Shown: positions 19,076-29,897, counted from the stretch's first letter. The stretch is DNA of 64,000 bases from Parcubacteria group bacterium (GCA_041649615.1 JBAZMT010000004.1:691-64690), one strand, 5' to 3'. A program made the numbers and translations. Notes: generated by a model not told the origin, from the letters alone.

Positions 19076-19408
19076 TTATTTTTCACTTGGAGTTATGAGT
19101 CCTTCGGCTTTTGATCCGTCATAGTATCCCCTAAGACGGTGCGTTCCGAAGACGGCGTTTGGATCATACAAACCGAATTGCCATTCCCAAGTATTGTGAG
19201 TCTCATGCAACAGAGTGTGGATCCACTCAACCGTGGCTCCTTGAAGAGACGTGCCCACTCCGAGTTTTGAAAGCAAAAAGATTTTTTGTTCTTCCTTCGG
19301 ACGGATGGCGAGAATAACACTACGTTGATATCGCAAGGAATCAAAAAATTGCAGGAGTGACATTCCGTAGAATGCATAGATCGGGGGTTTCGTTTCCGTG
19401 TTGCTCAT
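19076..19408 (-). CDS. hypothetical protein
   Basis: The ORF-track ORF is 19076..19471. I prefer the start at 19408 (MSNTETKPP...) because GGAGG lies 9 nt upstream. 110 aa, no recognisable family. It has its own terminator. Confidence 0.5.
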   Translation of the reverse strand: MSNTETKPPIYAFYGMSLLQFFDSLRYQRSVILAIRPKEEQKIFLLSKLGVGTSLQGATVEWIHTLLHETHNTWEWQFGLYDPNAVFGTHRLRGYYDGSKAEGLITPSEK

Positions 19409-19549
19409 AAGGCAATCCTCCTCTCCATTAGAAGTAAAAATTTTTATAGGAACTTGGTTTAGAAATAACAAGAAGATAGAGATTTTGTCAAGGGAATAAG
19501 CTCATTGATTTGCTAAAAAGGCGCGTTTATTCATAATAAATCGTATATC

Positions 19550-19630
19550 GCTCCCGTGGCGGAATGGCAGACGCGCATGGCTTAGGACCATGTTCCGAAA
19601 GGATTGGAGGTTCAAATCCTCCCGGGAGCA
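19550..19630 (+). tRNA. tRNA-Leu (anticodon TAG), type II with a long variable arm; CCA not encoded
   Basis: Acceptor stem GCTCCCG/CGGGAGC. Anticodon stem catgg/ccatg with loop cttagga. T-arm GGTTCAAATCC. Confidence 0.85.
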
Positions 19631-19671
19631 CAATTAGCCGCTTAAATGCTCGTAAAATCGGGCTTTTTACC

Positions 19672-19700
19672 TTGACAAACCGTTATTTTTATGCTATAGT
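19672..19700 (+). promoter_or_regulatory. sigma70-type promoter TTGACA-17-TATAGT upstream of the 19765 gene
   Basis: ttgaca (19672-19677), a 17 nt spacer, then tatagt (19695-19700). The AAGGAG SD and ATG follow about 50 nt downstream. Confidence 0.6.
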
Positions 19701-19764
19701 GGAGTTAGAAGATTAAAAATTTCATATAAATTTGAATTTGGAAAAAAGGAAAGGAGTCACAAAG

Positions 19765-20457
19765 ATGGGTAAGAAGAGGATTTTTGCAACCATTCTCACT
19801 GTACTGCTCGTTGTCTTCCTCGCGGTTCTCGCGGGGGTATTCACTCGGATATGGTGGACAGGATTGCTCGTAGGAGCAATCCTAACTTGGCACTTTCTCA
19901 TAAGAGGATTGAAGCAGGTGGATCTGGATCCCCCAACCCACGAATGGGAGGCCACTTTCTGTGGGAAAAGGACCGGCTATTACCTCGGCGAAGGATGGCA
20001 CTGGCTGCCGATTTTCTGTGGAGCTAAGCCGGTTGGCGGTGAAAAGAAGAAGCGCAGTTCTGACTTCATGAAAGCGAAGAAGAAAATCGGCGGATTCTTT
20101 TTAATTACAATTGCCGTCAGCCTCATTGCGAGTCTTCTTTCTGTCCCCTATCTCCTTAGCGTTGAAGCGGAAAGAGAAGCCGCCAAACCGATCATTTACG
20201 TATCGGCGGGCGAAACGAAGAACATTCGTATTCCGTCCGGCGAGTGGTCTGGAGTAATTGTAATTAGGGGAGAGCATTTCATCGCCGATCCTGACGGGAA
20301 AGTGACATACAAATTCCCGAACGATCGACAAGTCAATGATGGTCCCGGATTATATGTGAAGATGGATACGTATTATCCATACGAGAACGAAACATTCATC
20401 TTCAACACCTTTAACCGTGACCAAACCGATGTGGTTCTGACCGTATCGGTAGACTAA
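19765..20457 (+). CDS. hypothetical membrane protein (about 3 TM)
   Basis: I prefer the start at 19765 (MGKKRIF) because AAGGAG lies 7 nt upstream; the ORF-track start is 19732. Hydrophobic helices at residues 8-28, 32-50 and 105-125. The C-terminal soluble domain is of unknown family. Confidence 0.65.
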   Translation: MGKKRIFATILTVLLVVFLAVLAGVFTRIWWTGLLVGAILTWHFLIRGLKQVDLDPPTHEWEATFCGKRTGYYLGEGWHWLPIFCGAKPVGGEKKKRSSDFMKAKKKIGGFFLITIAVSLIASLLSVPYLLSVEAEREAAKPIIYVSAGETKNIRIPSGEWSGVIVIRGEHFIADPDGKVTYKFPNDRQVNDGPGLYVKMDTYYPYENETFIFNTFNRDQTDVVLTVSVD

Positions 20458-20460
20458 AAC

Positions 20461-20492
20461 AAAACCCGCAATCATATTGCGGGTTTTTTATT
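20461..20492. terminator. bidirectional rho-independent terminator between convergent genes
   Basis: aacccgcaat-catat-tgcgggtt followed by TTTTTATT. An A-run upstream serves the minus strand. Confidence 0.8.
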
Positions 20493-20503
20493 GCGTAATA
20501 TTT

Positions 20504-20776
20504 CTATACGTTGCTTCCGATGAAGTTTGATATGAGGATAGGCAAGCTCTTTGATACGATCGCGAGTGCAATACCTATGGCCGCATAAATAAGCTTGTCT
20601 TTTGCGGATTTGAGCTTGTCCGCACTGCCTGCGGCCGTTAAATAGCTGAAAGCCGCCCAAAGAAGAAAGAATACCGAAAGTGCAATAAAAACGCCGAATA
20701 CAAAATTGCCTATATTGTTTATCAGCGATTTTATTTGTTCGGGATCAGTGATATTTACTCGATCGACGTCATCCAT
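20504..20776 (-). CDS. VirB2/TrbC-like two-TM pilin-like protein (paralogue 1 of 3)
   Basis: 90 aa. TM1 (FVFGVFIALSVFFLLWAAFSYL), then TAAGSADKLKSAKDK, then TM2 (LIYAAIGIALAIVS). Same architecture as the two neighbouring genes and the N-termini of the 48465 and 49429 genes. Confidence 0.6.
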   Translation of the reverse strand: MDDVDRVNITDPEQIKSLINNIGNFVFGVFIALSVFFLLWAAFSYLTAAGSADKLKSAKDKLIYAAIGIALAIVSKSLPILISNFIGSNV

Positions 20777-20865
20777 AGTTTATTTATTGATATGTGAAAT
20801 GAATAAACGACCTTTTTGTTTTCATTATTCTGATTGTAGCAAATTCATTCGCTATTTAACAAAAA

Positions 20866-21252
20866 TTATACCGTTAAAAGATTTCTAATAACGACTTCCA
20901 CCGCTTTGGATAAAACTATGGCGGCGACTCCGACCGAGGTCCAAAGAACGGTTTTTCTTGCTTGCTTCACCTTTTCGTCATTTCCTCCGGAGGTAAGGAA
21001 AAGAAATCCGGCCCATAAATACATAAGGGCGGCAACGGGGATGACGATCCAAAGCAGACCGTTAATGATTCCGTCAATAAGAGTGGCCGGATCGCCGGCG
21101 GGAAGATTCAAAGGGTTTACGATCGTAAACGAGGGCAATCCGCTTCCGGAGTCCGAGCCTTCCCCCGCTGCGAGCGCGATACCGTGTCTAGACACCTCCA
21201 GAAATATTTTTTGGAATATTGTTTGCATACTCATATATTTTAGAATAACCAC
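20866..21252 (-). CDS. VirB2/TrbC-like two-TM pilin-like protein (paralogue 2 of 3)
   Basis: 128 aa (the start may be internal at 21234). It has an N-terminal AAGEGS leader motif, then LLWIVIPVAALMYLWAGFLFLTSGGNDEKVKQARKTVLWTSVGVAAIVLS. Confidence 0.6.
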   Translation of the reverse strand: MVILKYMSMQTIFQKIFLEVSRHGIALAAGEGSDSGSGLPSFTIVNPLNLPAGDPATLIDGIINGLLWIVIPVAALMYLWAGFLFLTSGGNDEKVKQARKTVLWTSVGVAAIVLSKAVEVVIRNLLTV

Positions 21253-21668
21253 GGCATTAAGGAAGTCGCTTCGCTCGTTAGCCCCAGTGACCTAATGACT
21301 ATGCCGATGATAACTCCCGCGCCGAGGGCGATCGCGACACCGATAACGGCGGATTTAATAAATCCCTTCCCCATACCTACGCGTTTTTCATTGCCTCCGG
21401 ACGTAAAGAGAATAAAAGCTCCCACGACGATCATTAAACCGGCTATGGGCAAAACGACCGAATAAAGAAGACCGATAACGTTGCTTACGATTTGCAAGGC
21501 GTCGCACCAGCCGACGGTACTTGCGATATTCGTGGCGCTTTGAAAACGGGAAGGGGTAATGCCTTGTCTGATATCAAACGGCGAAATCGTACATCCGGTA
21601 GTGGCAGACGATCCCTCTCCGGCCGCGTGGATGATAAACGGGGCGATTATTTTTCCGATAATGTTCAT
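21240..21668 (-). CDS. VirB2/TrbC-like two-TM pilin-like protein (paralogue 3 of 3)
   Basis: 142 aa with HAAGEGS leader motif, then LLYSVVLPIAGLMIVVGAFILFTSGGNEKRVGMGKGFIKSAVIGVAIALGAGVIIGIV. Confidence 0.6.
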   Translation of the reverse strand: MNIIGKIIAPFIIHAAGEGSSATTGCTISPFDIRQGITPSRFQSATNIASTVGWCDALQIVSNVIGLLYSVVLPIAGLMIVVGAFILFTSGGNEKRVGMGKGFIKSAVIGVAIALGAGVIIGIVIRSLGLTSEATSLMPWLF

Positions 21669-21690
21669 GTATACATTATATATGATGGGA

Positions 21691-22899
21691 TTAGCGGAGA
21701 AGACTGTTTATGTCGGTTCCGGCTTCGGAAAGAGCTCTTGAAATGGATACTTTGTCGTCTATAACCGACTTGATCATCTCGTTAAACACCGCAAATACAC
21801 CTTCCGAGGCCGGCATATTCCAGCTTCTCGCCGTCAAAGCTTGTGAGGCGAAAACGCCAAGCGCGGGATCGTTAATGTAGTTTTCTATGAGATTTCTCAA
21901 AGCGGGCGGGCGACCGGAAGATTTTAAATAACTTTCGGCGATTGAGGGATTCGTCGTGGCATAAACGATAAATTGCCAAGAGGTCTGCTGTTCCAAGGAT
22001 TTATTAGAAACCGCGAAGCCGTAATATCTTGCCGGAACGACCGGAGAATTGACGTTGAATTGCGGTAAAGGCGCGATCGCGAAATTGGGAGTCGGATTTA
22101 ATTTTTCAAGCGTGGGCTTTAGGGATTCGTAATCAAGGATCATTCCGATCGTTCCGTTCGCAAATCCCGTGTAGGTTTCAACGGTCGGCGGTTTGATGCT
22201 CGTATAAAGTTCCAAAGCGGACGCTCCTTCGGTACCGGAGATCCTTACGAATGATTTGTTTTGGAGACTCAAATCGGCGTTCGCCTGCATCAGAAGCGCG
22301 TTTATAATGTCTCCGGAACGGGCAACGAGCGGAGCGTATCCGCCAAAGGAAGCGGTTACGCCGCGAGCGACCGCATTTTTGAACGCATCCCAAGTGTTAG
22401 GAGGAAGAGGAACGTTTCTTCGGTCTAAAACGTCTTTGTTGTAGTAGAGCGCCAACGTATCAATAAAGAGAGGAGAGGCATAAATTTGGCTTCCCGAAAT
22501 GAAGTCTTGAACGGCCACTTGAGGGAACAAATCGGAAAATCTTCCCGTAGAGATAATGGTCGTCGGCGCGGGAACCGCTTTATTCATGTGCTTTCTGATC
22601 CAGTCCGATCGGAACATAAAAATGTCCGGTCCGTTGCCCGCCGCGAGGGCGTCAATTAATTTTTGTTCGTAGGTACTTTCGGGAAATTTCTCATATTTTA
22701 TCCGCACTTCGGGACGTTCGTCGCGAAACCCTTTTATCGCCGCTGCGAAATCTTCGTCATTGTCAATTCCCCAAATAACGAGATTTACTCTTTTTTGTTC
22801 GGGTCGGATGCCGATACCTGAAAAAATAACGGCGGCAAAACCGATGACTAAAACTACGCCGACGCAGATGATGATAATCTGACTTTTGGACAGTTTCAT
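21691..22899 (-). CDS. membrane-anchored extracellular solute-binding protein (ABC transporter SBP family 1-like)
   Basis: 402 aa. N-terminal TM anchor, then a periplasmic-binding-protein-like fold (VNLVIWGIDNDEDFAAAIKGF...). No permease or ATPase genes are adjacent. Confidence 0.6.
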   Translation of the reverse strand: MKLSKSQIIIICVGVVLVIGFAAVIFSGIGIRPEQKRVNLVIWGIDNDEDFAAAIKGFRDERPEVRIKYEKFPESTYEQKLIDALAAGNGPDIFMFRSDWIRKHMNKAVPAPTTIISTGRFSDLFPQVAVQDFISGSQIYASPLFIDTLALYYNKDVLDRRNVPLPPNTWDAFKNAVARGVTASFGGYAPLVARSGDIINALLMQANADLSLQNKSFVRISGTEGASALELYTSIKPPTVETYTGFANGTIGMILDYESLKPTLEKLNPTPNFAIAPLPQFNVNSPVVPARYYGFAVSNKSLEQQTSWQFIVYATTNPSIAESYLKSSGRPPALRNLIENYINDPALGVFASQALTARSWNMPASEGVFAVFNEMIKSVIDDKVSISRALSEAGTDINSLLR

Positions 22900-22963
22900 T
22901 CGTCCGTTAATTATAACAGTTAATTACAGACAAATAACGCCCGCTATTTTGTTTTCTATTTTT

Positions 22964-23482
22964 CTAAAACCGATAAAGAAACAATTTAGATGCTTTATCA
23001 AATGGTTTTATAGTCTTATCGGGTATGCGATTGGGAAGAGGAGAAGAGTAAAAGACAGCTCTAGACCCCGGTTTTAATTCTTTTTCAAATTTTGTTTCTA
23101 GTCTAGATAGAGATTTTGGAGTCAAAAAACAAAAAACAACATCGGCGATAGAGAGATTATATTTATGAAGATCTCTCCAAAGAGCAGATGAATTCTTTCC
23201 AAACAAAAAACAGTTTATCTTTGACATCAACAAATGATGAGGAGAAATCTCGAGTCCGATTGCATGTGCACTAAATTCACGATCGGCAATTATCAGGGTT
23301 CTACCGTTGCCGCAGCCGAGATCCAAAAAATTTTCTTCCTTTTGAAGATCAGCTAATTTAAAAGCTTCTCTTATTATTTCTTTAGAGGACGCGAGGTAGG
23401 GAGAAGTCGTTATGGCCGCATAAACGGTTATAGTTGTCGTAAATGACAATAAAATGGCTATTAATATCCATAAGAAAATCAT
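22964..23482 (-). CDS. class I SAM-dependent methyltransferase with an N-terminal TM anchor
   Basis: 172 aa. Motif I is LDLGCGNGRTLI. Confidence 0.7.
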   Translation of the reverse strand: MIFLWILIAILLSFTTTITVYAAITTSPYLASSKEIIREAFKLADLQKEENFLDLGCGNGRTLIIADREFSAHAIGLEISPHHLLMSKINCFLFGKNSSALWRDLHKYNLSIADVVFCFLTPKSLSRLETKFEKELKPGSRAVFYSSPLPNRIPDKTIKPFDKASKLFLYRF

Positions 23483-23587
23483 GTATTTACGTTAGCTTTT
23501 CGTGCCGTATTTGACAATATGATCAACCTATATCACTGTTATTATGGAAGTATTAATAAGCCAAATAGAGACTGAGGAGGTGATACT

Positions 23588-23773
23588 ATGCCCATATCTG
23601 ATAAGGAAAGAGAGGCCTATAGAAAAGGCGAAGATGAGGCAAACTTTATAAGAGATAATCCGATTTCGTATCTCCTTACCGGAGGAATACATAGTCGGCC
23701 GGATGAGCCAAATCTAGCCGCTGCCTTTGACAAAGGTTTCGCAAGAGAACAACTCGATAAGGACAAGAAGTAA
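23588..23773 (+). CDS. small hypothetical protein
   Basis: 61 aa. Strong GAGGAGG SD 9 nt upstream and a terminator downstream. Confidence 0.5.
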   Translation: MPISDKEREAYRKGEDEANFIRDNPISYLLTGGIHSRPDEPNLAAAFDKGFAREQLDKDKK

Positions 23774-23796
23774 TGGATATGTCTGCACTTTTTGGA

Positions 23797-23829
23797 AAAA
23801 CTCCGATGTTAAACATCGGAGTTTTTTAA
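23797..23829. terminator. bidirectional rho-independent terminator between convergent genes (serves gyrA on the minus strand)
   Basis: aactccgatg-ttaaa-catcggagtt flanked by AAAAA upstream and TTTTTTAATT downstream. Confidence 0.8.
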
Positions 23830-23849
23830 TTCATTGCGACAAATATTCA

Positions 23850-26288
23850 CTACAGACAAATAACGCCCGCTATTTTATCTCCTTGATTCAAGTCAATAAG
23901 GCGAACGCCTTGCGCCGCGCGGGAAGTTTTTCTTACGGAATCAATGGTGGTTTTCAAGATTTGTCCTTTGACCGATATGGCCACCAGTTCTTTTTCCTGC
24001 GCTAGAACCCTTGAAGCGGCAAGTTCCCCCGTTTTCGGGGTAACGACGGCCGTGATTATTCCTTTTCCGCCCCGGGTTTGCGTTTTGTATTCCTTAAGCG
24101 GAGTTTGTTTGGCAAATCCCTTTTCCAAAACGTTCAAGAACATGGCGTTTCCGGATTGTCCCCCCGAAATGACGTCGAAAGAAGAAACCGTGTCTCCCGA
24201 TCTAAGGGAAATTCCTTTTACGCCCGCGGTTGCGCGAGACATCGGGCGGACGCCCGATTCCTTGAATCGAATGGCAAGTCCTTTTCTCGTGCCAATAATG
24301 ACGTCGTCTTTTCCCGAAGAAAGCCGGACAGAAACAAGCCTATCCCCTTTCTTCAAATTAATGGCGATAATGCCGCTTTTTCTTACGGAACCGAATTCTT
24401 CAAGAGAAGTTTTTTTAACAATGCCTGATTCGGTCGCCATAATAAGGTATCCTCTACTCTCATTTTTTTTGAGGGAAGGATAAGAAACGATGGCCGAGAT
24501 GGTTTCTTCGGCGGGAATTTCAAGAAAATTGTGAATGGTTCGTCCTTTGGAAACGCGGGAAGCGGCGGGTATGTCGTAAACTTTCGTTTGAAAAACTTTT
24601 CCGCTGCCGGTAAAGAAAAGAATGTTGTCGTGCGTGTTCGCAGCGATGAAGTGCGTTAACACGTCTTCTTCGCCAACGTCCGATCCGATGACTCCTTTGC
24701 CTCCCCTGTGCTGGCTTTTAATACTCGTGGCAGGAAGACGCTTGATGTAACCGCCGAGGGAGAGCGTGATCATACATTCTTCCGCGGGAACCAAATCCTC
24801 TTCGCTGAATTCTTTTAGCCCGCCCGCAATCACGCGCGTTCGTCTCTCATCACCGAATTTTTCCCTAACCTCGGCAAATTCGCGTTTTATAAGCGCGAGC
24901 ATTTCGCGTTCGCTTTTAAGCAAGGCTTCCAGGTCTTTGATCAGTTTCTTTTTTTCGGAAAGTTCGTCCGTGATTTTTCCTTTTTCAAGAGTGGAAAGAG
25001 TGTAAAGCTTCATTTCGGCGATCGCTTCCGCCTGGGGTTCGGTGAAGCCGAAATTTTTCGTAAGGTTCGCTTTAACGTCCGCTTTGTCGTTTGATTTCTT
25101 GACGGTGGCGACAACCTTATCAATGATATCAATCGCTTTCGCGAGTCCTTCCAAGATGTGCGCTCTTTCGCGCGCTTTTGTGAGATCGTATTCCGCTCTT
25201 CTCCGGACGACTTCTCTACGATGTTCAATGTGAGCTGAAAGCACGTCCTTCACGGACATCAAGGACGGCTTCAATCCTTTGCCGAGCGCGATCATGTTCA
25301 AATGAAAATCTTTTTGGAGATCGGTTTGCTTGTATAACTGGTTTAAAATCTTTTGGGGAACGGCGTCGTTTTTCAAGTCAATCACGATGCGGATGTTTTT
25401 ATCCGATTCGTCTTTTATGTCTTTAATCCCTTCAATCTTTTTTTCCTGAACGAGTTCGGCGAATTTAATAATGAGCTCCGCCTTGTTTACCTGATAAGGA
25501 ATTTCGGTAATGACAATGCTCTTGTCTTCAATCTCCGCGACTCCGCGCATGGTTATTTTTCCTTTTCCCGAAGAATACGCTTCGGCAATTCCGCGCTTGT
25601 CATAAATCACGCCGCCAGTCGGAAAATCGGGGCCTTTGATGTAATCCATCAATTCGGTCGAAGAGGCGTCCGGATTGTCTATAAGATAAGTTGAAGCGGA
25701 AAGTATTTCATCCAAATTATGCGGCGGGATATTCGTGGCCATACCAACGGCGATACCCACCGTTCCGTTTAACAAAAGATTCGGGATTTTTGCCGGAAGA
25801 ACCATAGGCTCGTTGTGCGTGCCGTCAAAATTCGGCATAAAATCAACGGTTTTTCGGTCAATGTCCAAGAGAAGCTCTTCGGCCACTTTGGACATTTTGG
25901 CTTCCGTGTAGCGGTAAGCGGCGGCGCTGTCTCCGTCAATGGAACCGAAATTCCCCTGTCCGATGACAAGCGGATAGCGAACGGAAAAATCTTGAGCCAA
26001 ACGGACCATCGCTTCGTAAACCGAAGAATCGCCGTGAGGATGATATTTACCGAGTACTTCGCCGACTACGGTCGCCGATTTTCTGGTTTTGGCGCCGGAG
26101 GTAAGGCCGGACTCCCACATAGCCCATAAGATTCTCCGTTGAACCGGTTTTAATCCGTCGCGGACGTCCGGCAGAGCGCGATCAACGATGACGGACATCG
26201 CGTAATCAAGAAAAGATTCGCGGAGTTCTTCCGTTATTTCCCGAGGATTAATTTTGCCGCTTGGAACGGTTACGTTTTTTTCTTCCAT
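23850..26288 (-). CDS. gyrA: DNA gyrase subunit A
   Basis: 812 aa. The N-terminal region has the [11 protein letters not shown] region and an active-site Tyr context. A C-terminal beta-pinwheel repeat domain follows. Confidence 0.96.
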   Translation of the reverse strand: MEEKNVTVPSGKINPREITEELRESFLDYAMSVIVDRALPDVRDGLKPVQRRILWAMWESGLTSGAKTRKSATVVGEVLGKYHPHGDSSVYEAMVRLAQDFSVRYPLVIGQGNFGSIDGDSAAAYRYTEAKMSKVAEELLLDIDRKTVDFMPNFDGTHNEPMVLPAKIPNLLLNGTVGIAVGMATNIPPHNLDEILSASTYLIDNPDASSTELMDYIKGPDFPTGGVIYDKRGIAEAYSSGKGKITMRGVAEIEDKSIVITEIPYQVNKAELIIKFAELVQEKKIEGIKDIKDESDKNIRIVIDLKNDAVPQKILNQLYKQTDLQKDFHLNMIALGKGLKPSLMSVKDVLSAHIEHRREVVRRRAEYDLTKARERAHILEGLAKAIDIIDKVVATVKKSNDKADVKANLTKNFGFTEPQAEAIAEMKLYTLSTLEKGKITDELSEKKKLIKDLEALLKSEREMLALIKREFAEVREKFGDERRTRVIAGGLKEFSEEDLVPAEECMITLSLGGYIKRLPATSIKSQHRGGKGVIGSDVGEEDVLTHFIAANTHDNILFFTGSGKVFQTKVYDIPAASRVSKGRTIHNFLEIPAEETISAIVSYPSLKKNESRGYLIMATESGIVKKTSLEEFGSVRKSGIIAINLKKGDRLVSVRLSSGKDDVIIGTRKGLAIRFKESGVRPMSRATAGVKGISLRSGDTVSSFDVISGGQSGNAMFLNVLEKGFAKQTPLKEYKTQTRGGKGIITAVVTPKTGELAASRVLAQEKELVAISVKGQILKTTIDSVRKTSRAAQGVRLIDLNQGDKIAGVICL

Positions 26289-26293
26289 GTTGT

Positions 26294-26890
26294 TTATGAC
26301 TTTAATACCACGAGACGAAATCCTTCTTCCGCTTCAAGGTCTTTTTTCTTGATAGTCAGTTTTTCAGTGGACTCCGGTTTTTGGCCGGTTTCATTCATTA
26401 CCACTTTAGGGTCTCCCCATCCGGGGATGGCAACCGCGGGATCAATTGACTTGATGAGTTTTCCCGAGATGGGTTTACCCGGAACAAAAAGAATGTCTAT
26501 GTCTCCCAAATCATCAAGGGCGTCTTCGCTTAATTCTTCCGATACGTCTCCCAAGAGCGCGATAGAAAGACCATCGGCTTCTATTCTATAAGCCGTTTTG
26601 AGAACGTTTTCCCGTGAATCTTCAGTCGGGATCGCAACCCCTTTTATCTTTACGCCCGACGTTTCATACTCGCCGGGAACGGATATTTCGGTGTCGGATA
26701 AACCATTAATATCCAAAGGAAGTTCGGTTTTAGTCTTTATAATGAGGTCGCCTTTGAGCCGTCCGCCCGCGGGGCTCGTGGAAGGATCTACCACAATATC
26801 GGCGCCTGACGCTTGGATTTTATAACACCCGCCGCCGTACCAGTTGATTATCACGCCTCGTAATTTAGCAGAAAAAGCCTTGATTTTCAA
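26294..26890 (-). CDS. MBL-fold (beta-lactamase superfamily) metal-dependent hydrolase-like protein
   Basis: 198 aa. Lactamase_B_3-like pattern ([10 protein letters not shown]...DIVVDP...DIDILFVP). The canonical HxHxDH motif is not obvious. Confidence 0.5.
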   Translation of the reverse strand: MKIKAFSAKLRGVIINWYGGGCYKIQASGADIVVDPSTSPAGGRLKGDLIIKTKTELPLDINGLSDTEISVPGEYETSGVKIKGVAIPTEDSRENVLKTAYRIEADGLSIALLGDVSEELSEDALDDLGDIDILFVPGKPISGKLIKSIDPAVAIPGWGDPKVVMNETGQKPESTEKLTIKKKDLEAEEGFRLVVLKS

Positions 26891-26926
26891 TAAAGTATAG
26901 GGTTATCATCTGATGCATAAAACAAC

Positions 26927-27994
26927 ATGGATAGTTTAGCTCAACTCATAAAAACCCGTCCCGATTTGGCTCCCATATTAAAGAAGGGAGAGATAGTGGA
27001 AGCGAAGCTCGTTTTGAAAACTCCGAAGAAGGCCTTTTTTGAAATAGCGAGAATTGGCACCGCAGTCGTTTACGGGAGAGAATTCTTAAACGGCCGCGAA
27101 GTGATAAAGGGCTTAAACGCGGGCGAAGCGGTAAACGCCAAAGTGGTGGATCCGGAAAACAAGGAAGGCTTGATTGAACTTTCTCTTACCGAAGCGGATA
27201 AACAAAAAGCCTGGGGGCTCGTCAAGGAGATACAGGAAAAAGACGAGCCCGTGAAAGTAAAAGTGTTCGGCGCGAATTCCGGAGGGCTTTTAGTGGAACT
27301 TTTTGAACTAAAAGGATTTTTACCCGTTTCCCAGCTTTCCGTGGAACATTATCCGCGAGTAACCGAACAAACGAGAGAAAAAATAATTGAAGAGCTTAAT
27401 AAACTTGTGGGGCAGGAGCTAGAAGTAAAAATCATCGGATTAAATCCCCGAACGAACAAGCTCATTGTTTCCGAAAAAGAAGTATTGAGCCAGAACGTTA
27501 AAGACTTAATAAATCAGTACAAGTCCGGAGACGTGGTAACCGGCATCATTTCGGGACTCGCTAATTTCGGCGCATTTATCCGATTCGCGGATAATCCCGA
27601 AATTGAAGGATTGATCCACATATCCGAACTCGGACATAAGCTTATAGAATCGCCTAAGGAAATCGTAAGCGTGGGCGATATGATCAAAGCGCAAGTGATT
27701 GAGGTCAAAGACAACAAGATTTCGCTTTCGCTTAAAGCCTTGCAACCCGATCCGTGGAAAGACATTGAAAAGAAATATAAAGTCGGCGATACGGTTAAGG
27801 GCACCGTTTACAAGTTCAATCCGTTCGGAGCTTTTGTTAAACTTACGGAGGACATAGTCGGTCTCATACATATTTCTGAATTCGGAAGTCCCGAAGAAAT
27901 GAAAGCAAGACTCGTGTTGAATTCCCAGGAGGACTTCCGCATTGAAGCGATAAAGCCGGAAGAGAAAAGAATAATTCTGAAACTTCCGAGTTAA
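26927..27994 (+). CDS. S1 RNA-binding domain protein (short ribosomal protein S1-like, about 4 S1 repeats)
   Basis: 355 aa with repeated S1 OB-fold signatures (GEIVEAKLV..., GDVVTGIISGLANFGAFIRF, GDTVKGTVYKFNPFGAFVKL). Confidence 0.8.
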   Translation: MDSLAQLIKTRPDLAPILKKGEIVEAKLVLKTPKKAFFEIARIGTAVVYGREFLNGREVIKGLNAGEAVNAKVVDPENKEGLIELSLTEADKQKAWGLVKEIQEKDEPVKVKVFGANSGGLLVELFELKGFLPVSQLSVEHYPRVTEQTREKIIEELNKLVGQELEVKIIGLNPRTNKLIVSEKEVLSQNVKDLINQYKSGDVVTGIISGLANFGAFIRFADNPEIEGLIHISELGHKLIESPKEIVSVGDMIKAQVIEVKDNKISLSLKALQPDPWKDIEKKYKVGDTVKGTVYKFNPFGAFVKLTEDIVGLIHISEFGSPEEMKARLVLNSQEDFRIEAIKPEEKRIILKLPS

Positions 27995-28005
27995 AAGGAG
28001 GAGAA

Positions 28006-29838
28006 ATGTTAAAACTTTTTAAAAAATTCGCGTGGGTAGCGATCGCGCTTTTGGCGGTTGCCGTTCTTTTTGCGTCTCTCGTATCGGAGAAGCAGTCTCA
28101 AGTTTCCGGTTTAAACGACATTGCGGTGAAGATCACGGCGGGAGAAGTCAAGAGACTTGAGCTTACCGATAACGTTTTAACGGCCGAATTGCAGGACGGA
28201 ACGTGGATTTCCGCAACCAAAGAATCAACGGCCGGCGTTACGGAAATTTTGAAAGATTACGGCGTTTCGGCGGAAGAATTGAGAAACGTTCCTTTTGAAG
28301 TCAAAAACAGTTCGGCGAAAAGCGTATTCTGGGGAATCATCGTTCCGACCGCGTTACCGATAATCGCGCTCGCTTTGCTTTTCTTTTTGTTCCTTCGCAA
28401 AGCGACCGCCGGAGCAAATCAGGCTCTTTCTTTCGGCAAATCAAACATCAGGCTCTTTACTAATCTTAGAGAGAAGATTTCTTTTAAAGACGTAGCGGGA
28501 TTAAAGGAGGCGAAACAGGAATTGGAAGAAGTCGTGGATTTTTTGAAGAATCCGAAAAAATATCAGGAATTGGGCGCGAAAATCCCAAGAGGAGTACTTC
28601 TCATGGGACCTCCGGGAACGGGAAAAACCTTGCTCGCGCGGGCGGTCGCGGGCGAAGCGGGAGTGCCTTTTTTCCATATTTCCGCTTCAGAATTCGTGGA
28701 AATGTTCGTGGGAGTCGGCGCTTCGCGCACGAGAGACGCTTTTAAAACGGCTAAGGCGGCCGCTCCGGCGATTTTATTCATAGATGAAATAGACGCGGTG
28801 GGACGTGAACGCGGCGCGGGACTCGGCGGAGGACACGATGAGAGAGAACAAACCCTTAACCAAATCCTCGTTGAGATGGATGGTTTCGATCGAGACGAAA
28901 AAGTGATAGTGCTTGCCGCCACGAACAGACCGGACGTTTTGGATCCCGCGCTTTTGAGGCCGGGGAGATTCGACCGCCGCGTGATTCTTGATTTGCCGGA
29001 CATCGGAGAACGGGAAGAGATTTTAAAAATTCACTCCAAGAACAAACCGATGGCGAAAGATTCCGACTTGAGGAAAGTGGCCGTAAGGACTCCCGGATTT
29101 TCGGGAGCGGATTTGGAAAATCTCATAAACGAAGCGGCGATACTTTCCGCGCAAAAGAATTTGAAAGAGATTCCCCAAGAGACAATGTATGACTCCATAG
29201 AAAAAGTCTTGCTCGGGCCCGCAAGAAAGAGCCGAATAATTTCCGACAAAGAAAAAAAGATGACGGCCGTTCATGAAGCGGGACATGCCGTTGTGGCCGC
29301 GGCAATCCCCGATTCCGATCCGATACAAAAAGTTTCCATCGTAAGCCGAGGAAGAGCGGGCGGATATACGATGAAACTTCCGCTTGAAGAAATCCGACTG
29401 AAAACCAAACGTCAATTCATCGCGGACATTGCGATGCTTGTTGCGGGCCATGCTTCCGAAAAAGAATTCTTCAAAGACGTTTCAACTGGAGCTTCGGATG
29501 ATTTAAAGAGAGCTTCGGAAATTGCGCGCGCGCTTGTTACCCGTTACGGAATGAGCGATAAGTTGGGGCCTATGACATTCGGCGACACGGAAGAAACAAT
29601 TTTCTTGGGACGAGAAATCACGACCGAAAGAAATTATTCAAACAGCACGGCCGAAGAGATTGACAAGGAAGTCAGAAAATTTATTGATACGGCTTATGAC
29701 GCGGCTCTCGCGGCGATCAGAAAATACAAGCACGCTTTGGAAAAGGTGGCAGATGAGCTTGTTAAAAAAGAGGTTCTGGAGCAAGACGAATTTTATGCGA
29801 TCGTTAGTGAATACGGTTTGAAACAAGCCACGATTTAG
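28006..29838 (+). CDS. ftsH: ATP-dependent zinc metalloprotease FtsH
   Basis: 610 aa. N-terminal TM, an AAA module ([14 protein letters not shown]), the second-region-of-homology, the zinc motif HEAGHA and a C-terminal helical domain. Confidence 0.97.
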   Translation: MLKLFKKFAWVAIALLAVAVLFASLVSEKQSQVSGLNDIAVKITAGEVKRLELTDNVLTAELQDGTWISATKESTAGVTEILKDYGVSAEELRNVPFEVKNSSAKSVFWGIIVPTALPIIALALLFFLFLRKATAGANQALSFGKSNIRLFTNLREKISFKDVAGLKEAKQELEEVVDFLKNPKKYQELGAKIPRGVLLMGPPGTGKTLLARAVAGEAGVPFFHISASEFVEMFVGVGASRTRDAFKTAKAAAPAILFIDEIDAVGRERGAGLGGGHDEREQTLNQILVEMDGFDRDEKVIVLAATNRPDVLDPALLRPGRFDRRVILDLPDIGEREEILKIHSKNKPMAKDSDLRKVAVRTPGFSGADLENLINEAAILSAQKNLKEIPQETMYDSIEKVLLGPARKSRIISDKEKKMTAVHEAGHAVVAAAIPDSDPIQKVSIVSRGRAGGYTMKLPLEEIRLKTKRQFIADIAMLVAGHASEKEFFKDVSTGASDDLKRASEIARALVTRYGMSDKLGPMTFGDTEETIFLGREITTERNYSNSTAEEIDKEVRKFIDTAYDAALAAIRKYKHALEKVADELVKKEVLEQDEFYAIVSEYGLKQATI

Positions 29839-29897
29839 GGCATAATGCGGGGAACTCGCCTACGCTCAAAACGTTAAAAGCTTCGGCGAAGCGAAGC

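Noticed and set aside
18092-23500. Whole segment as a tRNA-Leu-integrated genomic island carrying the pilin triad
   Set aside because: The recombinase is on the wrong side of the tRNA for a classic 3'-end integration and no att duplication was spotted by eye. It is kept only as a low-interest finding.
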